From Methanobacteriota archaeon (GTDB lineage: Archaea; Thermoplasmatota; Poseidoniia; Poseidoniales; Poseidoniaceae), in assembly GCA_018667575.1 (NCBI GenBank), contig JABIUA010000003.1, positions 1-40,964 of the forward strand: 40,964 bases of DNA, in the 5' to 3' direction. Made by a program: the position numbers and the translations under genes. The notes under the pieces are model-generated. The model was not told the origin of the DNA. It did not search any database and saw only the letters and a program-made list of their open reading frames with translations. Shown here piece by piece: positions 9,408 to 18,357 of the stretch (its first letter is position 1; every line of letters begins with the position of its first letter).

Positions 9408-10886
9408 ATGGGAAAGAGTCGGACTAGGCTATCGCAGATTACGTTTGAGAGTGTTGCAACTCTACTCGTTGAAGCCTTGGAAAGGGGAACACAATCTTGG
9501 CCGCTTCCAAATCCTCCAATCATAGATAGCGACTTTCCTCCAATACATCCAATATCCCCCCAGGATATAATCGAACAAGGATTAGGCTTACTCCATTCGG
9601 ACAAAGGGATGTTTGACTCCAAATTGAATTCTGTTGTTGACCTGATTGTACCTCACAGGATGAACTTAACCGACGACCCATTTGAGGTACATCAAAAGTG
9701 GTTAGAAAAAAGAGTGGATACAGTATCGGAAAGAATGGTATTCTTAATCGCTACAGAATGGCTTGCGCAATCTCTAGACCCAACAGCGCCTAACACCGAT
9801 AGGTGGTGGGTAAGTCTGTGTCTAATCAATGGAATGTCTACAGTTCCTAGAGGCCAGCCAGTTCATCAAGGATATCATTTACTAGAGTCTATTGCTTTGG
9901 CTGAAAGACCAGGTACATGGCATACTCAACCGGAGGCAGGGCCACAAAATGTCGATTGGAATCCACACGCTAAGATTCCTAGAGTGACCAGCGTAGTTGC
10001 CCATGAGGAAGGAACTAAATCAGCATCATGGCTATTAGAAAGACTTGAACAAGGCAATGATGATAGACGAGAATTATTGGTTGAATGGACTAGGTTATTA
10101 TTGGAAAGACCCGCTTTGATCGAATCGCTAAAGTTGTCTGAAATACTTATGCGTAGAGCCCTAGATCCATCGGTTGAAGTTGCAGTAAAAATCACATTAT
10201 GTTTAGCCAAGTTAACAGATTACGATAGAGAGATTGGTTTAGCTCTAAGCCAAAGACTAGCCCAGAGGGAGGAAGTAGAGATTAGACGTGCAATGGCAGA
10301 CGTTTTGACTAGACTTTTCCGCCGTCTTTCAACCGATGCGTTACCATTATTCGAAAAAATGCTAGGTGATGATGACGAAGTAGTCCTTGCCGCAGCTAGT
10401 TCAACAGTTGGTGATTTGAAATTCTTCGATACAGATTTATGGGCAGATAAAATGCTAGAACTCAGTAATCATCAATTGCCTCTAGTTAGAAGAAATCTAG
10501 TTCAGGGATTAAGAGATTATATCGAAATGTTCCCAGAAGACCAGAGAAATATTTTGCCAACATTATGGCAAGATGGAGATGATGTCGTTCGAACTAGAAT
10601 GAGAGAATTACTGATTAGAATGGAAGAGGTTTCTTCAGAACATTTTTCTGGTAGAATTACTGATTTACAAGAAAAGGGTTGTTCATTAGAATCATTATGG
10701 GAACATCTCAGATTGAGACGACCTGAAAGAGCAGAAGTTTGGACTGAGTGGCTATCAAATGGCGGAGAGTTACCTGAAGTGGCAGTATCTGAACGTCATA
10801 AAAGCACTATGCAAGCGCCAAGCGAACTTCCTGACCTCAACGATGCACTTGAGACATTAGACCAAGAGTTAGGTTTCTTGGACTAA
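9408..10886 (+). CDS. Hypothetical protein with C-terminal HEAT/ARM-like repeats
   Basis: Roughly 38-aa periodic helices: DPSVEVAVK, EEVEIRRAMA, DDEVVLAAAS, QLPLVRRNL, DDVVRTRM. Confidence 0.7.
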   Translation: MGKSRTRLSQITFESVATLLVEALERGTQSWPLPNPPIIDSDFPPIHPISPQDIIEQGLGLLHSDKGMFDSKLNSVVDLIVPHRMNLTDDPFEVHQKWLEKRVDTVSERMVFLIATEWLAQSLDPTAPNTDRWWVSLCLINGMSTVPRGQPVHQGYHLLESIALAERPGTWHTQPEAGPQNVDWNPHAKIPRVTSVVAHEEGTKSASWLLERLEQGNDDRRELLVEWTRLLLERPALIESLKLSEILMRRALDPSVEVAVKITLCLAKLTDYDREIGLALSQRLAQREEVEIRRAMADVLTRLFRRLSTDALPLFEKMLGDDDEVVLAAASSTVGDLKFFDTDLWADKMLELSNHQLPLVRRNLVQGLRDYIEMFPEDQRNILPTLWQDGDDVVRTRMRELLIRMEEVSSEHFSGRITDLQEKGCSLESLWEHLRLRRPERAEVWTEWLSNGGELPEVAVSERHKSTMQAPSELPDLNDALETLDQELGFLD

Positions 10887-11315
10887 TCATTCCTGCTCAA
10901 GAACTTCTTTTTCAGATAAAGGTCCATTCACAACCAACCAGACATAGGTTGCGTTCAATATAGAAAGGGAGCCCATCAACAAGAGAATCATTCCGGTAGT
11001 CTTTGGGAAATATTTATCCATTTCTAATTCATTGATTGATATGACAAAAACATAGCACATAATTCCGAATATCATTACAGGGAGCCAACTTGAACCTGGC
11101 TTTTTCCATATTTTGATTATTGGAATTACTCCCTTTTGATTAAATGTAAACCTAAACCACGAAATATACAAACAACCTATGCCAATTAATCCAATCACAC
11201 CTCTTGTGAATGAACGAGAGTCCCATGGACCTTCAGGGGCTAAGTCAAAGAAGGCTTGAACGACACAAATAATACCAGTTAAAGCGAATACTCGCCACTC
11301 GATATCCTCGCCCAT
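10887..11315 (-). CDS. Hypothetical 4-TM membrane protein
   Basis: 142-aa ORF with four hydrophobic segments. Confidence 0.75.
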   Translation of the reverse strand: MGEDIEWRVFALTGIICVVQAFFDLAPEGPWDSRSFTRGVIGLIGIGCLYISWFRFTFNQKGVIPIIKIWKKPGSSWLPVMIFGIMCYVFVISINELEMDKYFPKTTGMILLLMGSLSILNATYVWLVVNGPLSEKEVLEQE

Positions 11316-11333
11316 GACACGGCATGATGGGTT

Positions 11334-11347
11334 ATGCTTGAAAGCAT
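11334..11347. promoter_or_regulatory. Palindromic element, candidate shared promoter core for two divergent genes
   Basis: ATGCTT-GA-AAGCAT centred about 25 nt from ATG 11315(-) and about 26 nt from ATG 11367(+). Confidence 0.55.
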
Positions 11348-11366
11348 GTGCCTGTTAGCACGATTC

Positions 11367-12230
11367 ATGCCGATAGTTGAGGATGCTTTGATTGTCGCCG
11401 GCGGACTTGGAACTAGAATGTACCCAGTAAGTGCATTTTCATCTAAAGAATCTCTTCCCTTGATAGATGTTCCAGTATTGATACATTTGGCTCATGAGGC
11501 TAAGGCGGCAGGAGTCAAAAGAATCCATATTATTTCATCTCCAAGCAAAGACTTTTCTCCTCTACTAAGAGACATCCAAGACTTACATTCAAACAGACCA
11601 GAACTCGATAAAAATCTGTTTTCATCATTTTCAGATGTTGAGGTTAAAGTACATCTACAGCAACAACAATTAGGCCTTGGCGATGCCATTTCTTGTGCAT
11701 TAGATGATATTAGTGGCCCATTCTTAGTTCTTTTAGGAGATAATGTGATCCTTGATAATCACGCTTCGACAAAGAATTTTATTCCATCCAATGCTAGTAA
11801 ACTACTCGTCCAATGCTTTGAAGAAAATAATCTCCCTTGTGGTACGATTTTACCGGTTAATGATGATGAAGTTTCTAATTACGGAGTTGTTCAACTTGAA
11901 GGAAATTATGTTAGAAATGTAGTAGAGAAACCTAAATTAGAAGACGCACCTTCAAATTTAGTATTATGTGGAAGATATCTTTTTACTTCCGACGCTAAAG
12001 ATTTACTCAGAAACGTATACACTGTTGAGAAGTTTGGTGAATTACAATCGATTGAATTACAAAAATACTGGATGCATGGAGTTGGATTTATTGGAGTGCA
12101 ATTAGAGGGTTTTAGTTGGTATGATTCCGGAAACCCATATTCATGGTTACAAGCCCAAGTCGACCATGCTCTTCAAAGACCGGATATTGCAGATAAATTC
12201 CGCGATTGGTTAGAATCTAGATTGAATTGA
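11367..12230 (+). CDS. galU: Sugar-1-phosphate nucleotidyltransferase, GalU-like
   Basis: AGGLGTRMYP...KESLP, QQQLGLGDAI, FLVLLGDN, YGVV, VEKP, APSNL, GRY, YDSG; start moved to ATG 11367. Confidence 0.8.
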   Translation: MPIVEDALIVAGGLGTRMYPVSAFSSKESLPLIDVPVLIHLAHEAKAAGVKRIHIISSPSKDFSPLLRDIQDLHSNRPELDKNLFSSFSDVEVKVHLQQQQLGLGDAISCALDDISGPFLVLLGDNVILDNHASTKNFIPSNASKLLVQCFEENNLPCGTILPVNDDEVSNYGVVQLEGNYVRNVVEKPKLEDAPSNLVLCGRYLFTSDAKDLLRNVYTVEKFGELQSIELQKYWMHGVGFIGVQLEGFSWYDSGNPYSWLQAQVDHALQRPDIADKFRDWLESRLN

Positions 12231-12755
12231 TTACCTTTGACCAGGTTTCCAGAATGATAGTGGAATTGGCGCGATTCCTTGAGCACATCGTAAGGCTAGG
12301 TGGTCTGCCCGCTCATTCCATCGATGGCCTCTGTGTGCTTTGACATGCTCCCATTGTATATTACGGATAGAAGAAACTTCTCTCCAGAGGGTTTGAAGGG
12401 TTTGGACCAATTTGATATTGGCCTTTGCTTTCCATTTTCCAGTTGCTAGATTTCCGGCATATAGTGAATCAGTTCTAATCACTACAGAGGAGTCATCGCC
12501 TTTTACTAGAAGCCATCTCAAGGCTTCAGCAAAGCCCGATAGTTCAGCAGTATTATTCGAACCTACTTCGGCTCCCAGGTAGTTTTCACTTCCTTCGCTA
12601 GTAACAACAACCCCGGACATTTCTTCGGCAATTTCACCAGTGCCTTTGCCAAGTCCATTATCGCCTTTTACAATAACAAGTCCCCAAGCGGCAGGGGTAT
12701 CTTCGTTGACATTTTGATTTACTAAGCAGGAACCATCGACATAAAGACTGATCAT
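12231..12755 (-). CDS. rnhA: Ribonuclease HI
   Basis: YVDGSC, SNNTAELSG, IRTDSLY, HVKAHRGHRWNERADHLA; all four catalytic acidic residues and the His are present. Confidence 0.93.
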   Translation of the reverse strand: MISLYVDGSCLVNQNVNEDTPAAWGLVIVKGDNGLGKGTGEIAEEMSGVVVTSEGSENYLGAEVGSNNTAELSGFAEALRWLLVKGDDSSVVIRTDSLYAGNLATGKWKAKANIKLVQTLQTLWREVSSIRNIQWEHVKAHRGHRWNERADHLALRCAQGIAPIPLSFWKPGQR

Positions 12756-12775
12756 TTCTGCCCGATTCAATATTC

Positions 12776-13159
12776 TCACTCGCCAATTTCAGCCCTATAT
12801 CCGCTAGCATCCATCAGTGAAGAGAGTCCGCTAGTATCATCCAGTTTCATCTTAATAATCCAGCCATCTCCGTAAGGGCTTGTGTTCATCAACTCAGGGG
12901 AATCATCGAGATTATCATTTACAGCAGTGATTTCTCCAGCGAGAGGGGCAAAAATAGGTGAAGCGGATTTGACAGATTCAACAATTGCGAACTCATCCAT
13001 TTCACCCATTACTTGGCCAACATCTGGTAATTCGATATATACGATGTCGGTTAATGCATGTTGAGCATGGTCTGTAATTCCGATGGTAATTTCATCACCA
13101 TCAACTTTAATCCATTCGTGTTCTTTAGTATAGTACAAGTCTTCTGGAATCTCACTCAT
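12776..13159 (-). CDS. gcvH: Glycine cleavage system H protein
   Basis: YTKEHEW, IGITDHAQ, lipoyl site VESVKSAS, PYGDGWI; RBS AGGAGA. Confidence 0.97.
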   Translation of the reverse strand: MSEIPEDLYYTKEHEWIKVDGDEITIGITDHAQHALTDIVYIELPDVGQVMGEMDEFAIVESVKSASPIFAPLAGEITAVNDNLDDSPELMNTSPYGDGWIIKMKLDDTSGLSSLMDASGYRAEIGE

Positions 13160-13225
13160 AATAGCATCTCCTAAATATTCCCAATGTTAGGTCATTGATG
13201 AATGTTCGTAATTGAGTTTAACAAA

Positions 13226-13570
13226 TTATTCTTGTTCTGAACTTATTTCCATTTCCAAAACTTGGGTTTCTAATTCAGCCCAAGCATTACCGACAGCTGA
13301 ATCATTCTCTATTTCTTGCATCTCGTTTTGTATTCTCTCGGCCATCTGACCTTCATCTTCATCAGGGAAGTAGGATTTTAGATAATTGTGATTTTGTTTC
13401 AGTAATCTAGCAGATACTAAACAAATTAGAGAGAACAACAAGAATATATGGCCGAATCCAAGTACAGAAATCTCCATTCTACCTTGTATTAATCCAAACC
13501 CACATGCTAGAATTAAACCAAAACCAGTCCCATAAAGTAGACGTGATGCGGCTTTGGCTGGTTCGTCCAT
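13226..13570 (-). CDS. Hypothetical 2-TM membrane protein
   Basis: Two hydrophobic helices followed by an acidic tail with VGNAWAELE. Confidence 0.7.
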   Translation of the reverse strand: MDEPAKAASRLLYGTGFGLILACGFGLIQGRMEISVLGFGHIFLLFSLICLVSARLLKQNHNYLKSYFPDEDEGQMAERIQNEMQEIENDSAVGNAWAELETQVLEMEISSEQE

Positions 13571-13610
13571 AATAGGTCCAACCTATACTAGTGCATGAAA
13601 CCAACGCAAA

Positions 13611-14192
13611 TCAGTAGGTTTCTCTCATTAATTTATGAATCTTGTATGGAAGTAGCGCTCTATTTACAGGAGTCACTTCCAAAATTCTACCATCATCTCT
13701 TCTTCGAATATCTTGTAAAAGTGGGTGTCGACTTTTCTTGTGTAGTGTTAGTAGCGTTGGCTTGTCCACTTGCAAAGCACTTCTAACACAGTTTACGAAA
13801 TTTTCACTTTCAACAGAAAATTTGCCGATTTCGTCTATTACTAGAACTTCACACTCTTCTTTAGCATAGTTAATCGCTGGAATAGCAACTTCTTCTAGAG
13901 CCTTAAGGTCTAGGCCATATCCTAGTACTCTCAAACGTGAGTCAAAGGTTTTGTGAGCTATTACACCTTCTTCCTCAGTGATAATGTTAATCACTTTGTA
14001 TCCTAGCCTTTCGCCATTTTCCAGAATAGGTTCAGTTCGCAAACCGCCAACAATTGGCTTTCCAGAAGGATTTCCTCTAATGTTGATTTCTCGTGTGCGC
14101 TCGTCAACCAACATTTCGAGAACTTTTTCCATCACGGCCGATTTACCGCTTCTTGGTAAACCAGTTATGCCTATCTTTGGATGTATTCCCAT
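13611..14192 (-). CDS. Nucleoside triphosphatase, THEP1/NTPase_1 family (COG1618)
   Basis: KIGITGLPRSGKS (Walker A variant), LVIDEIGKFSVES, EVTPVNR. Confidence 0.9.
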   Translation of the reverse strand: MGIHPKIGITGLPRSGKSAVMEKVLEMLVDERTREINIRGNPSGKPIVGGLRTEPILENGERLGYKVINIITEEEGVIAHKTFDSRLRVLGYGLDLKALEEVAIPAINYAKEECEVLVIDEIGKFSVESENFVNCVRSALQVDKPTLLTLHKKSRHPLLQDIRRRDDGRILEVTPVNRALLPYKIHKLMRETY

Positions 14193-14346
14193 ATTAATCA
14201 ACCTTGACTACGCAGTAGCCAGTGGCTTATCAGTAATAAACAATGTTGTTGACAATTTCCATAACCAGATTTTCCAAAAAGTTCACAGAAAGACCGGAAA
14301 AAGACTGAAAACCAACATCATTTGCCGGAATAAGGCATTGTACAAA

Positions 14347-14778
14347 TTAAAGTGAAAGAATTGATTCACATTCATTATACAAATTCAATGTATGTTCTAC
14401 CCACTCAAATAGTTTAGACATTGTTTCTTTTTCCACTCCAGCCTTTTTAGCAATCGCAGATAATATCCGTAATTCTTTCTTGTCATATTCACCGTCAACC
14501 GCAGATAGTAGCGCGCCGTCTCTCAGCGCGAGTTTTAACGCAGTTTCAGATAGAACACTGACGGTTTTATCAAATTCAGGAGGATTATTCAACATATTTC
14601 GTATATCCACTCTCATTTCAGGATGTAGCATACATGAGCCCATCAGTGATTCAATCATCATTAATTCTTCTTGAACTAATTCGCCATCTATTGAGGCTAT
14701 TATGACCATCAATTCTGCATGGGCCTTTCGCTCTTCTAAATTCAATTGATTTAGCGAACTGGGAAACAATGGTTTCAC
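14347..14778 (-). CDS. TerB-family protein
   Basis: IASIDGELVQEE and AVDGEYDKKE, the two TerB DG-x4-E motifs. Confidence 0.85.
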   Translation of the reverse strand: MKPLFPSSLNQLNLEERKAHAELMVIIASIDGELVQEELMMIESLMGSCMLHPEMRVDIRNMLNNPPEFDKTVSVLSETALKLALRDGALLSAVDGEYDKKELRILSAIAKKAGVEKETMSKLFEWVEHTLNLYNECESILSL

Positions 14779-15206
14779 TCCGCAAGGTCATTTAGCAAAT
14801 CATAACCGCTTTGCATCCATGAATAACCTTCTACAGTCCAATTTAGTAGTCTTTCAAGAGAATCCTCTGATAGACCTAGGTGGGCGATAATTTCTTTCAA
14901 AACTTCACGCTCGTCATCGTCTACTTCACCATCAGCAGCAGCCATCAGTACAGCATCACGTAGCGCTAATCGACCGGCTTCATCACTTAGTCCAGCAAGA
15001 CATTCGTCTAGTGAAGGTGGAGATTTCAGTGCCTCTCTAATCATCGACCGTTGATTTGGCGATAAAAGGGCGGTTCCAAGACGTTGTTCAAACATAGCCA
15101 TTTCATCTACAGTCAATTCATTGTCAACTCTGGCCATAAACGCTAGAAGGCGAGCATAAGAAAAACGCTCTTCGCGAGATAACTTGTGGATAGTGTCGGG
15201 CAACAT
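14775..15206 (-). CDS. TerB-family protein (paralog)
   Basis: MARVDNELTVDE and AAADGEVDDDEREVL; start set at ATG 15206, giving 143 aa like its neighbour. Confidence 0.88.
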   Translation of the reverse strand: MLPDTIHKLSREERFSYARLLAFMARVDNELTVDEMAMFEQRLGTALLSPNQRSMIREALKSPPSLDECLAGLSDEAGRLALRDAVLMAAADGEVDDDEREVLKEIIAHLGLSEDSLERLLNWTVEGYSWMQSGYDLLNDLAE

Positions 15207-15296
15207 GAATCGAGCGTACAGTTCATCACCAATGAACTTCACGCTATTTTTGATAATTAAATAGCGATATTTGGAGTAATAATTCCAAGCCAAGAA

Positions 15297-15722
15297 TTAT
15301 TCTTCTTCATCGGTATATCCAAACACAAACCATCTCATTGCAGCCCATGTGAATATTCCCCATACACACATATTAATCAGGAATATCAATCTAATAGGTA
15401 AATCAGAAATCACCAACAATGAATCATAACTTAGAGTTGAGAGCACTAAACCAAAGGAATAGACAGACATTGCCCGAAGCAAAGTTTGCTTGATATCTCT
15501 TCTACCATCAAATGTAAACCATCTATGTACAAAATGAGCAATTGTACTAGAAAAAACCCAAGACATAGTCCAGATAAACGTCTCTCCAATAAGATCAATT
15601 AATGGAGTAACTCTGAAAATTTCCCAAGAAATCCAGAAAATTAGAGTGTTGACGCCACCTGCTGTAGCAAATCTTTGAATTGTACCCCGAGGAAACGCTT
15701 CTTTGATTTTTTTATTTTTCAA
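15297..15722 (-). CDS. GtrA-family membrane protein
   Basis: RFATAGGVNTL, HFVHRWFTF, MRWFVF; four TMs. Confidence 0.88.
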   Translation of the reverse strand: MKNKKIKEAFPRGTIQRFATAGGVNTLIFWISWEIFRVTPLIDLIGETFIWTMSWVFSSTIAHFVHRWFTFDGRRDIKQTLLRAMSVYSFGLVLSTLSYDSLLVISDLPIRLIFLINMCVWGIFTWAAMRWFVFGYTDEEE

Positions 15723-15739
15723 GAATAAGCCACCCTATT

Positions 15740-16564
15740 TTAGTCATCTAATGCGACAATATCGCTTGGTTTACCAGTTAGGATATTTCTTAGCGCTGAG
15801 TTATCCTTTTGAATCGCATCAAGAATTTCATATTTACAACCCAATTGCTCTGCTAAAACTCCTAGAGCCATGAAATCTTTAGGTAAGCACTTACCACCAA
15901 AACCACGCTTTAACCCATGAAGTGGTTCAAGATGGGAATCACCAATTGTTTGAGTCTGTGGCATAGTAATAATTTCTCTAATCTTGTTCCAATCTCCACC
16001 AAGATGTTGGCATATGTCATACATTTGGTTAGCGAAAATAACCTTCATTGCATTAAATGAATTCTTGGTATATTTCACTAATTCAGCTTCAGTAGGGGTG
16101 ACTTGAAATAGATTGTCAGTTTTTATTACCCCCGCTTCTTTGTGTTGTTGAAATACTCTATCTGCGACCTCTTTGTGATGCGTTCCACAAACCAATAGGT
16201 CCTGATTAGCAAAGTCTTCTAAACTCCTTCTTTCCACTAAAAACTCTGGAGAATGTGCAATTTTCAAGTGTGAATATTTTTCATGAAATTTTTGCGTAGT
16301 CCCTGGTATCACAGTACTTTTGATTACGGCTGTAAAGCCATCAGGCAGAGAATCTAATATTTCTTCAACAATTTTCGTATCACAAGCCCCAGTTTCAGGA
16401 TGCGGAGGCGTTGGTACTGCTATGTAAGCAAAATCCACATTGTCGATAACTATCGAGATATCAGTACCTCTTGACGGGTCGTGAATAAATAATTCATGGT
16501 GGTCTGCAAAACAATGTTCGATAGCTCCACCGACCATTCCAGCGCCGATAATTCCCACTTTCAT
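15740..16564 (-). CDS. UDP-glucose/GDP-mannose 6-dehydrogenase family, short form
   Basis: [38 protein letters not shown], catalytic [10 protein letters not shown]. Confidence 0.9.
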   Translation of the reverse strand: MKVGIIGAGMVGGAIEHCFADHHELFIHDPSRGTDISIVIDNVDFAYIAVPTPPHPETGACDTKIVEEILDSLPDGFTAVIKSTVIPGTTQKFHEKYSHLKIAHSPEFLVERRSLEDFANQDLLVCGTHHKEVADRVFQQHKEAGVIKTDNLFQVTPTEAELVKYTKNSFNAMKVIFANQMYDICQHLGGDWNKIREIITMPQTQTIGDSHLEPLHGLKRGFGGKCLPKDFMALGVLAEQLGCKYEILDAIQKDNSALRNILTGKPSDIVALDD

Positions 16565-16643
16565 ATTTTGAGGCAAGAAGGCATGATGTATGGTGATTTC
16601 TATTATTCAATAAGCGGGTTTGGGTTTAGTTTACCTTCTTAAT

Positions 16644-17309
16644 TCAATCATCATCAGAATATAATTCCTTTACTGCTCCATCTTTGGCATTACGTTCGAA
16701 CCATTCTGTTTTAACTAAATCTCCAAGTTTATCAACACCAGCTTCGATTAAATCTTTATCTTTTGATTCAGATTCAATCCATCTTTTTCCAGAAATCTCG
16801 GCATATTTTTCATTTGCCTCTTGTATCAAAGACTCTCCTACAGTTATTTCTTCTAAAATATCATCATAATCCTTATTTTTCATTGCATCAATACGCTGAT
16901 TGTCTTTGTTCAATGATTTTGAAAACACTCCACTAGTAGGTCCTTTATCGTCGAAACCTCTTGAACGACGATGTTTCTTGTTGGTGAAAGCAGCCTCTAT
17001 TTTTTCGAATTCTCCTTTTTTGTATAGCGCTATTGTATTCTGGAATTCTGCAAAATCACGCTCTAAGTCGATTTCAAACTTTTTTGCGAAGTCTCTCACT
17101 TCGATATTCTTTTTATTCTGAATCAATGTATAATTTAGGCCAAGAAGTACCATCAGTGCGAGTATGGTTATGATTCTAAAATTCAATTCTATGAAGTAGA
17201 AAAGAGCGAGTAAACTACAACCGATAATTAGGATACTAGTAATCAATAACGTCATGTTAAGGCGGTATATTCGATTGATGAATCGATCATATTCCGAACT
17301 ATAATCCAT
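16644..17309 (-). CDS. Hypothetical protein, two N-terminal TMs and a charged domain
   Basis: 221-aa ORF, tightly packed in a same-strand run. Confidence 0.7.
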   Translation of the reverse strand: MDYSSEYDRFINRIYRLNMTLLITSILIIGCSLLALFYFIELNFRIITILALMVLLGLNYTLIQNKKNIEVRDFAKKFEIDLERDFAEFQNTIALYKKGEFEKIEAAFTNKKHRRSRGFDDKGPTSGVFSKSLNKDNQRIDAMKNKDYDDILEEITVGESLIQEANEKYAEISGKRWIESESKDKDLIEAGVDKLGDLVKTEWFERNAKDGAVKELYSDDD

Positions 17310-17313
17310 ATTC

Positions 17314-17631
17314 TCAGCCTTTATTGATTATTGAATTTAGAGTTACTTCGAGATCTTCCTTGTGTAAACTTTCTTCATTCCATCGTAGTGATTTAATTGC
17401 AGTAATTTCGCTAGCCTTAATCGAATTGCTCATTCTATCAAAAGCAAACTGTATCAGTAATCCCATCAAAAGCAAGGCTGCTAGACCGAAATGCCAAGAA
17501 GTGAAATACCCAATAAGAACTGATACTATTATGGCCTGTACAATTGCAAAGATTCCGCGGAATAACATTCTTTTCTTTGATTTGATAGTATCTAGTAATC
17601 GTTGAGCGGCTTGTTTGCGAGTCATCGTCAT
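17314..17631 (-). CDS. Hypothetical 2-TM protein
   Basis: 105 aa, RBS-like GAGGA upstream, 4 nt from the next gene. Confidence 0.7.
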   Translation of the reverse strand: MTMTRKQAAQRLLDTIKSKKRMLFRGIFAIVQAIIVSVLIGYFTSWHFGLAALLLMGLLIQFAFDRMSNSIKASEITAIKSLRWNEESLHKEDLEVTLNSIINKG

Positions 17632-17660
17632 AACAAATCCTCAGCATAGTGTAGAAAAAT

Positions 17661-18266
17661 TCAAATTAAAATGAAACAATCATCATCGATTTCAACGATT
17701 GAACCATTCATCAGCAAGTGTTCTAGTGCTTCATCTATCTCTTCGTATGACACTCCTCTTGAATCCATCTCAGAGACAATTTTTCCTAGTGTGGCAACCG
17801 GTTCTCCTTTTGCAATTTCTGACTCGATAGTCATCAATAGTAATTGACAAGCAACAGCCAAGAGCGGGTCGTCTCCTTGACTATCTGGTAGTAATTCAAG
17901 GAAGGTGTTTACAGGATGAGATTCGGATAGACCAGACTCTTCACTATCTACTGCTCTAGCGCCAAGCCCTAGCATGGATTTGTCATAATCTAGGTCGAAG
18001 CAGTCAAACAAATTTCGTTGTCCAGAATCGATCAGTTCTGCAGTACTGGGGTTGAGTCTTTTCGCTATATCTTCCAATCGTTTTAATCGTTGTTCAGATA
18101 TCTTCTTTTCACGAGCGATGTCAGAAGAAATCAATTCCATTGCCATTGTAGCTTGTTGTTTTAACCAAGCCTCTAAGGTCCACATTGGGTCTAAGCCACT
18201 CATTACTCCACAGAGCCTTTGAATCTCCTCGGGCATTGAATCGATATGAAGTGGCTCATCTCTCAT
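17661..18266 (-). CDS. Hypothetical protein with coiled coil, PIP-like motif and C-terminal winged helix
   Basis: QRNLFDCF; C-terminus GVSYEEIDEALEHLLMNGSIVEIDDDCFILI resembles the WH domains of MCM and RPA32. Confidence 0.7.
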   Translation of the reverse strand: MRDEPLHIDSMPEEIQRLCGVMSGLDPMWTLEAWLKQQATMAMELISSDIAREKKISEQRLKRLEDIAKRLNPSTAELIDSGQRNLFDCFDLDYDKSMLGLGARAVDSEESGLSESHPVNTFLELLPDSQGDDPLLAVACQLLLMTIESEIAKGEPVATLGKIVSEMDSRGVSYEEIDEALEHLLMNGSIVEIDDDCFILI

Positions 18267-18357
18267 ACATATGTTTGATTGGTGACAGCCTATGAAGACT
18301 CGGTTTGTATTAAGTCAAAAAAGAGTTTTATCAAGGTTTAGAAATTAGTTTTTCAAA

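Noticed and set aside
12231-12755. RNase H as a sign of a retroelement or transposon
   Set aside because: No reverse transcriptase, integrase or terminal repeats nearby; context is housekeeping.
13611-15206. TerB pair plus NTPase as a defence operon
   Set aside because: The NTPase is the ordinary archaeal THEP1 type and is separated by about 150 bp with its own likely promoter.
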